From positions 2,542,001-2,606,000 of the forward strand of contig OZ024749.1 in assembly GCA_964016885.1 (NCBI GenBank): a stretch of 64,000 nucleotides of DNA, in the 5' to 3' direction. This document shows positions 56,126 to 64,000 of this stretch, piece after piece. The first letter of the stretch is position 1. Each line of letters begins with the position of its first letter. The DNA is from Eledone cirrhosa (taxonomy: Eukaryota). The translations under genes and the position numbers were made by a program. The notes beneath the pieces are model-generated. The model was not told the origin of the DNA. It made no database searches and saw only the letters and a program-made list of their open reading frames with translations.

Positions 56126-57078
56126 TCTCTCTCTGTGATGTTGATGGACTGGACACTCTCGATAAACTCTGTGTATAAATGTCCACCATTTTAGCTTAGT
56201 TGTTGGCTGTCTATCATTGGCGTGGATCTTGAGACCGGTGAAAGACTTGCAGACACCCCCAAATATGGTCTGATATTGAGCTGGCACTACTACAGTCCTT
56301 GTTCTTGCTTCCGCCAACTATTTTACTTCCGAAAGTTGTATTGTTAATGTTGGCATAGCTTTGAGTACCTTTATCATATTCAAATGTGGTTGTTGTAAGC
56401 ATTCGGAGATCTTCCTTCCTTCACACTCGGTGACCGATAAAAGGAACGGTGGGCATTGCCCGCCAATACCTGACCCAACCACTAAACCAATTGCCGCATT
56501 CCCTAATATGAAGACGATTATGAAATAAAAAGGCAAAATTGAGAAAATTGTTTATATGTCCTATATATGACATGTTGTTGTTGAGGAGGAGGAGGGGGTA
56601 ATTATTATAATCGCTCACATACAGTAAACACTTATATGGTATGCCATTGTATTATCTACGTGCAACACAACTTTCCCACGCACCCACAAAGAGCCATATT
56701 TTCAGAAATACAATCACATTTATTCACACATATTTTTAAATATGTGAGTTTTTGTTTTGTGTGTAGAAAGAAGTTGTCATCAGAAGCAATCGAAAAAAAA
56801 AAATTGAAATTTCAGATGTGTGCGTCCAGAGGCAAATAACCATAATAATATTCAATCACTATAAATATTAGTTGAAACAACAAAATTGGAGAGAATCGCG
56901 TACATTTCAAATATATATATATATATGGAACGTTGAACAATATACACAAAATATATATGATAATAGTGTTAGAAAACCGGGTAAAATACATTTAGGATCA
57001 ACGGCCACTTCAGTGAATCGAACTATATCTCACTAGACATTCTCTCAAATGTTTTAAGATTACGCATGTGTATGTATG

Positions 57079-57125
<47 letters not shown>

Positions 57126-57133
<8 letters not shown>

Positions 57134-57669
57134 AGAATGGTTGCACATGCGTGGTTACACATGGGTTACATATGAATAAAATCAGTCCTTCATCAGTGAT
57201 TTTCCAACCTTCCTTGGTATTTCATCGCTTTAAAAATCACATATCTCCAGTTGGTGCGAGCAATAGCCAAATAAAGCTATTGGGACAAGTAATATAGCGT
57301 GAAGCGGGCGAGACATGTAAACAAACAAAGATGGTATTGCAACGGAAAGATAGAAAGAAACAAATACATGATATCTATTAAGCTTAAGCTTGATGAATTC
57401 ATGGACGAGAGTGATATACAGACCATCCAACATGGGTGAGATGTGAGCGAGAAAAGGATTTCACGCGGGTCAAACGGGAGGAAGTGAGAGAGGGAGTGAA
57501 GCAGAGAGTGAGTGAGTGGAAGTGTGAGGAAGAGGCCAGTCGAGAGATAGTGTGACTGACAGAGGGGGCAAAAGAAGGTGAGAGATACAGAGAGAGAGGG
57601 GGAAAGCAGTAAGAATGAAATAGCTGAGGAAAAAAATATAAATATGAGAAGAATGGAGTGCTGCGGGGC

Positions 57670-57670
<1 letters not shown>
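57126..57670 (-). mobile_element. Family D element, permuted copy with 15-bp terminal redundancy
   Basis: Aligns to the reverse complement of 16430-16925. ATATGAGAAGAATGG occurs at 57126 and 57642; flanked by (TA)n. Confidence 0.7.
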
Positions 57671-57712
<42 letters not shown>

Positions 57713-58073
57713 CTTTAAATAAATCCTATTGTACAGCCGACCATTTTATTCTTCACTCATTTACTTTTATTACTTCAAGAACCGCTTACCTAGGAACTTT
57801 CTTAAACTGGCCACCCGGGCCACCCGTCTGAGGAAACTTCGTGTTAAGTCAAACAACGCCAAACGTTAAAACTATCCTCGATGCAGAGTACTCATAACCT
57901 CTACCTGGATTACCTTAAACGATACCTCGTTAACTTTATATATTAGGGATTGTAACGTCCATTACTGTAGGTTCACCAGACTGAGCACTCCATGTGTAGT
58001 TTTCAGTATGTAGATTGTTGCTGTACTAAGCAGAGTGTAAAAATTATAAAAAAAGGTAGAGGTGTTTGATCTC

Positions 58074-58194
58074 CATTACATTTATCGAGACGAGACGCTC
58101 GTTTCGCGATTGATCAGGGCATGGCCCGATCGATACAAATCGAGCGTTGAGCTTATCAATGGCGAAACGCGCGTCACATCTTAATAAATGTAAT
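58074..58194. repeat. Inverted repeat (~41-bp arms) containing the hammerhead 3' half GAAACGCGCGTC
   Basis: CATTACATTTATCGAGACGAGACGCTCGTTTCGCGATTGAT versus ATCAATGGCGAAACGCGCGTCACATCTTAATAAATGTAATG. Confidence 0.8.
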
Positions 58195-58223
58195 GAACAT
58201 CTAACATCGTCCTTTTTATTATT

Positions 58224-58278
<55 letters not shown>

Positions 58279-58279
<1 letters not shown>

Positions 58280-58540
58280 AATGAATAATAAAAGGTAGAC
58301 ATCATAAAAAGGTAATTTATTCCGAGTGCTTGCAAATGCTTAACATTTTCAACAAATGCTGATTCTACCATTTCCTCAGAGAAAACGGTAAAAGCAGCAT
58401 TTGAAAATTGAGTTTCTGCAAACAAATAATTACCAATTTGCACATAGCATGACTAGGCTGTATAAATACTGTTGAAACATTTGTAAGCACTCGGAATAAA
58501 TTACCTTTCTATGATGTCTACCTGTTATTATTCATTCATT
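58279..58540. repeat. Inverted repeat (~60-bp arms)
   Basis: AATGAATAATAAAAGGTAGACATCATAAAAAGGTAATTTATTCCGAGTGCTTGCAAATG and its reverse complement at ~58479-58537. Confidence 0.88.
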
Positions 58541-58796
58541 ATCTACACTCCGGAATACAGAAGGATCAGAAACTGAGTTTCTTCAACTATTCTTCCATAA
58601 CTCGTTGAGTAATCCCTCACCGTACGTCAACTCTATTTAGTGTAGTAATTAACCATTACTGCATTCAGGATAAGCTTAAGCCTTTCTTGCATAACCTTAT
58701 ATATATATATATACATATATATATACATATATACATATACATATATATATATATACATATATATATATACATACATATATACATATATATATATAT

Positions 58797-58867
58797 GGGT
58801 CGATAAAATAAAGTACCAGTAATGCACTGGTGAATTGCTGGCCTTGTGCCAAAAGTAGAAACAATTA
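58797..58867 (+). mobile_element. SINE family 1 3' fragment
   Basis: GGGTCGATAAAATAAAGTACCAGTAATGCACTGG...GTAGAAACAATTAT. Confidence 0.88.
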
Positions 58868-58920
58868 TATATATATATCTAACATCATATATATATGATG
58901 TTAGATATATATATATATAT

Positions 58921-59062
58921 AACGAAGGAAATGTGGTAAGGAACCAGATGGACCATAACGCACCAAAGTACTCAATACTTAGGGTAGTAGAGTGGGAAAT
59001 GGGAACGAGTAGGACCCCGACGGCTGAGCTCAAGCCGTTTCGACGGCTAATTCTGGACTAAA
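58921..59062 (-). mobile_element. Short element, family C (no fold-back arm)
   Basis: Near-identical to 34768-34887 and to the reverse complement of 63620-63760; sits in (TA)n. Confidence 0.9.
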
Positions 59063-60211
59063 TATATATATATATATATATATATATAACATCTCGTCCT
59101 TTTTATAATTATCATTATATATATATATATATATATACGGTAAAATTTTTGTTGTGACAACGGACGAGCTGATATTTTCATTAACCTCTCGTATAAGTTG
59201 ACAAATCGTTATAAGTGTTGATGTTTTAGGCAAGGTTATGTCTGTAGCTCAGCAAGTCTTGGCTAAAATACATTCCTGTCTAGGCTACTCTATCATCATA
59301 TTGTATCTCTTGAGCTATGTGCTTAAACGACCAGTTTTATTTTAATAAACACCAGCTAAATCACCTTGTAATGTAACATTAAAGTAAAACAAAATGAGAC
59401 CTTGGATAATGTGAAGCTATGCTTCCCCTGCACATTGGAAACATAACAGGTTAGCTCTCTTTTTTTAGTATAATATAGCGAGTTGTCACCAGTGATGTTG
59501 GAAGTTCCTTTTGTAGCAACATATTATTTCTGTAGAAAATGTTAGGTGTGCATTTTAGATTTAAAAAAAAAAATTAGAATTCCCCAAATATTTGAAACAA
59601 GTGCTATGACCTTATGTTTGATATTCTCTGAGTTTGAGAAGCATTTGTAATAGGTGGTCTTTTAACTATCATTTACTACCTAAACGCATAGTATTTCACA
59701 CAAAATGTAATCTTACTGCGCAGAATTAGATTTAGAACTATACAAGTGGTGGTCAACTGTACATTAAAATAATTACTGATGCATTTTACTTCTGAGGTGT
59801 ATGTAACATGTGTTTCAACATTATAGGCTGTCACCAAGACAATCCACCTTACATAAAACATTTGTAAGTATATTTGATTATTAAACTATGGAACGAAGTT
59901 TAAAACATTATTATACGCAAAACATTTACTATATTATTTGTAAGACAATTGACTAATAAACTATGGAAGGAAATTTAAGAAATCTATTATACACAAAACA
60001 TTTATATTATTTATCGGTGGAGGGTCGGGCGCCATGTTTGCAGTTATGATTGGAATGGATTTGCACTTGTGCCTCTTAGATCCTGGCTAAATGGAGTTGA
60101 AACAGCAACTATAAGAACAGCAACAACAGATACGACCATAGCGAACACTACTATGATTGCTCCCTTTACCTAGACCGAACTATTAGTACAGTTGGTACAG
60201 TTGGTACTGTT

Positions 60212-60315
60212 GGATCTCCATCAGTTCCGACGATGAATCATTCTGTGTGTTGATGATCGGAAAGACCTGCTGATGAAATTAAAGTGAACGTGGCAGAACA
60301 TTCCACTGATTCCTC
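60212..60315 (-). mobile_element. Diverged SINE body/tail fragment (probably family 2)
   Basis: CTCCATCAGTT.CGACGATGA...CCTGCT..TGAAATTAA.GTG..CGTGGC.GA.CA.TCCAC resembles a common octopus SINE segment (recall only). Confidence 0.45.
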
Positions 60316-60336
60316 TAACACAGGGGTTCTCTAACC

Positions 60337-61670
60337 TTCACTACTACTACCCTCACTACTACTACCATCACTACTACGACCCTCACTACTACTACCTTCA
60401 CTACTACTACCATCACTACTACCGTCACTACTACTACCATCACTACTACCTTCACTACTACTACCATCACTACTACTACTACTACCTTAACTACTACCGT
60501 CTTAACTACTACCGTCACTACTACTACCTTAACTACTACAGACAATGATATCACATTAGCAGTACCATCACCACAACTAACACCGTCATAAGCACTATGT
60601 ATACACCACTACCACTACCACACCACACCACTACCACACCACACCACTACCACACCACTACCACTACAACACCACACTACACCACTACCACACCACACCA
60701 CTACCACACCACTACCACTACCACACCACTACAACACCACACCACACAACTACCACACAACACCACTACAACACCACACCACACAACTACCACACCACAC
60801 CACTACCACACTACACCACTACCACACCCACACAACACCACTACCACACTACACCACTACCACACCACTACCACACAACACCACTACCACACTACACCAC
60901 TACCACACCACTACCACACAACACCACTAGCACACTACACCACTACCACACTACACCACTACCACACCACACCACACCCACTACCACACCACACCACACC
61001 CACACTACACCACACCCACACTACACCACTACCACACCACTACCACACAACACCACTACCACACTACACCACTACCACACAACACCACTACCACACTACA
61101 CCACTACCACACCACACCACTACCACACCAATACCACACCACTGCCACACCTCACTACACCACTACCACACCACTACCACACAACACCACTACCACACTA
61201 CACCACTACCACACCACACCACTACCACACCACACCACTACCACACTACACCACTACCACACCCACACAACACCACTACCACACTACACCACTACCACAC
61301 CACTACCACACAACACCACTACCACACTACACCACTACCACACCACTACCACACAACACCACTACCACACTACACCACTACCACACCACACCACTACCAC
61401 ACCACACCACTACCACACCACACCACTACCACACCACTACCACACCACACCACTACCACACCACACCACTACCACACAACACCACTACCACACTACACCA
61501 CTACCACACCACACCACTACCACACCACACCACTACCACACCAATACCACACCACTGCCACACCTCACTACACCACTACCACACCACTACCACACAACAC
61601 CACTACCACACTACACCACTACCACACCACACCACTACCACACCACACCACTACCACACCACACCACTAC
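60337..61670. repeat. (ACT)n/(ACC)n tract followed by a CACCACTAC/CACAC minisatellite
   Basis: Direct reading; it explains the His/Thr/Pro ORF 60597-61700. Confidence 0.95.
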
Positions 61671-61769
61671 CAGATCTTCCAGAGAGATCCTGCTAATTAG
61701 AAGCAGCCCTAAATTAAAATATATGGTGGGAGGGGGGAATTTTAGTTTTACAATATATACAAACAATTA

Positions 61770-61843
<74 letters not shown>

Positions 61844-62054
61844 AATACATGTTCATACAAACAAATACATACATAAATGTATAAAGATATATATATATAT
61901 AAAGTTGCATATGTATGTATGTGTTATGTATGTATGAGTATGTATATATTTATGAGTATATATGTATGTGTGTATGTATATCTCTATGAGTATGTATGTG
62001 TGTATGTATATCTGTATGAGTATGTATATATGTGCTATGTATGTATGTATGTGC

Positions 62055-62515
62055 TATGTCGGGTCACTCTTGAGTGTTACTGGTAACATGTAACCCAGTA
62101 CTATCTGTCGCATGGTCGGGTCATCGGCGACTAAACCGGAAACCCACCAAGTTTACTTGGTGAGGAGGGTGATTTTGGACACCCTGCAGGACAAATATCA
62201 AAACCTGACAAAGGGCGGAAGAAATCATATGAGTCAAAGGCCAAGTAAAAGTGTTTAAATATGTATATAGACATGTACCGCGAGCTTAAACCACTGGGAG
62301 TGAAGGACCCTAACCTTTGTCAGGGCATACTTCTAGGAGAAGGCAACTCAGGAAACTGGGATGACTCCGATATAAAACCTGTGGCTAAGTAGTTACCGAT
62401 GATGTTGATCTTTTCTTCTTTTCGGGTTATAGCTACTATCGCTCAGAGAGTGGGATTGGCTCAGTGCACAGTCTTTCTTTAAAAAATATCTTCACGCACA
62501 GGCATTGCACGATAG
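62055..62515 (+). mobile_element. Possible RTE LINE 5' UTR or RTE-related non-autonomous element
   Basis: A complex island among microsatellites. GGGCATACTTCTAGGAGAAGGCAACTC resembles a motif recalled from RTE 5' regions. Confidence 0.35.
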
Positions 62516-62784
62516 AATTAATTAATAATTTTTAATAGTGGTATATCGTTGAATGACCATACTTGATAACGATGGGGCAGCCATCATGTGTTATGTATGT
62601 ATGCATGTGTGTATGTATGTGCTGTGCTTTAGTTCACACAATACTTTATCTCTCGATGACATCGCGACTCTGTCAACTGTAAAGTACTATCTCATTAGCT
62701 GCAACTATTTAATTAATTTCACTTGGTCTGTATTTCTATACCATGTAACTAGATATAAACATGGGTGTGTATGTCATTGTACAG

Positions 62785-62842
<58 letters not shown>

Positions 62843-62989
62843 GAGAATATTGATTGAATCAAACATCAGGGAAATATAGCAGTGTATAATTAAAATGAAA
62901 ATAGTTATGGAGTCACATAACACTGAATACATGGAGGTGTTTACACACACACACACACACATTATATATATATATATATATATATATAG

Positions 62990-63025
<36 letters not shown>

Positions 63026-63318
63026 ATATTGAAGCATAGGAGAATAGTGAAATGATGTTTGGTGCGGAGTGGGATGGCGCTTTCATCAGACCAAGTGTGA
63101 ACCAGATTTCGTAATAGATAAATATTACATTTTAGACAAAAGTAGTGGAAGACTGCTGAAATAAAAGCAGTCAACTATATATATATATATGTATATATAT
63201 ATTTAAATATATATATATATATATATTTAAAGGTTAAACAAGGTTCAATGAATAGATCAGAGAATGAGTTTTACAATAGATTGGAAGCACTCAACAGCTG
63301 GTTTTCCGGAGTTATTAT

Positions 63319-63539
63319 TATTAATTCAAAATATTAACACAAATAGACATTCCTGTGATCAAGTTTATTTTATTATACATATTTCAGAAGTACTGTGCTA
63401 TGCCGGGGTATGTCATGCATCATCTTATTTTATCTGATGAGGACGTACTGTTGAAGTTAACTCAGTACCTCTGAAATATGTAGAATAAAATATACTTGAT
63501 CAGACGAATGTCTATTTTTGTTAATATTTTGAATTAATA
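63319..63539 (+). mobile_element. Family A hammerhead element with ~78-bp inverted arms
   Basis: tattttat-CTGATGA-ggac-GTACTG...CAGTAC-ctct-GAAA-tatgta-gaataaaata. Bases 63319-63396 are the reverse complement of 63463-63539. Confidence 0.85.
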
Positions 63540-63549
63540 TATATATATA

Positions 63550-63760
63550 TAGGAACCAGTAAGACCCCGACGGCTGAGCTCAAGCCGTTTCGAAGGCTAA
63601 TTCTGGACTAAAAAATTTTTTAGTCCAGAATTAGCCGTCGAAACGGCTTGAGCTCAGCCGTCGGGGTCTTACTGGTTCCTATTACCCACTCTACTACCCA
63701 AAGTATTGAGTACTTTGGTGCGTTATGGTCCACCTGGTTCCTTACCACATTTCCTTCGTT
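63550..63760 (+). mobile_element. Short element, family C, with a 132-bp spacerless palindrome
   Basis: 66-bp arms (63550-63615 and 63616-63681) with one mismatch. Contains GAAA-CGGCT tgagctc AGCCG-TC. Confidence 0.93.
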
Positions 63761-63825
63761 ATATATATATATATATATATACATAGAAATATATATATAT
63801 GATATATATATAATAATGATAATAA

Positions 63826-64000
63826 TAATTGCTTCTACTCAAGGCCGGCAATTTCAAGGAGAGGTGAAAGTCGATTAAATCAACCCCAGTGTATTACTGA
63901 TACTTTATTTATCGATCACATAAGTATGACAGGCAAAGTTAACATCGGCGGGATTTGAACTCAGACTGTAAAGGGTCGCACCTCTATGCATGGTGTCCGA
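63826..64000 (-). mobile_element. SINE family 1 (long subtype), runs off the window end
   Basis: CTTCTACTCAAGGCCGGCAATT...GTCGATTAAATC...TACTTTATTTATCGA...GGCGGGATTTGAACTCAG. Confidence 0.88.

Noticed and set aside
56214-56536. Serine protease (KIVGG) or Gypsy integrase zinc-finger remnant
   Set aside because: There are no downstream trypsin motifs, and the resemblance to the integrase HHCC region is too weak. BLASTx would be needed.
60313-60338. hAT/Charlie left TIR (CAGGGGTTCTCTAACC)
   Set aside because: It is a short match that runs directly into (ACT)n, with no matching right end or TSD found.
60597-61700. 367-aa His/Thr/Pro-rich mucin- or extensin-like protein
   Set aside because: It is a C/A-rich minisatellite with no signal peptide or unique domain.

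Overview
Gene-poor, very AT-rich eukaryotic DNA, probably intergenic or intronic. It is dominated by (TA)n, (TG)n and (GA)n microsatellites, minisatellites and transposable-element debris. The SINE families and microsatellite load look like a cephalopod (octopus-like) genome; this is an inference from recall, not a search. I found no intact host gene, and nearly all ORF-track entries ([16 protein letters not shown]) are translated microsatellites. The recognisable coding remnants are all from mobile elements: two CR1-type LINEs, two RTE LINE pieces, an RNase H-bearing I-group LINE, an Ingi/Vingi 3' end, a CRE-clade endonuclease end, Penelope-like GIY-YIG and RT remnants, and Helitrons with a PIF1 C-terminus. 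There are also about 20 copies or fragments of a tRNA-headed SINE. Three things stand out. (1) Several families of short non-coding elements sit in or beside (TA)n tracts and carry minimal type I hammerhead ribozyme motifs (one intact, at 34523-34579), often with fold-back inverted repeats, near Penelope remnants. (2) A ~500-bp element occurs as terminally redundant, circularly permuted copies. (3) A 32-bp minisatellite carries ten perfect, helically phased TGACGTCA (CRE) sites.
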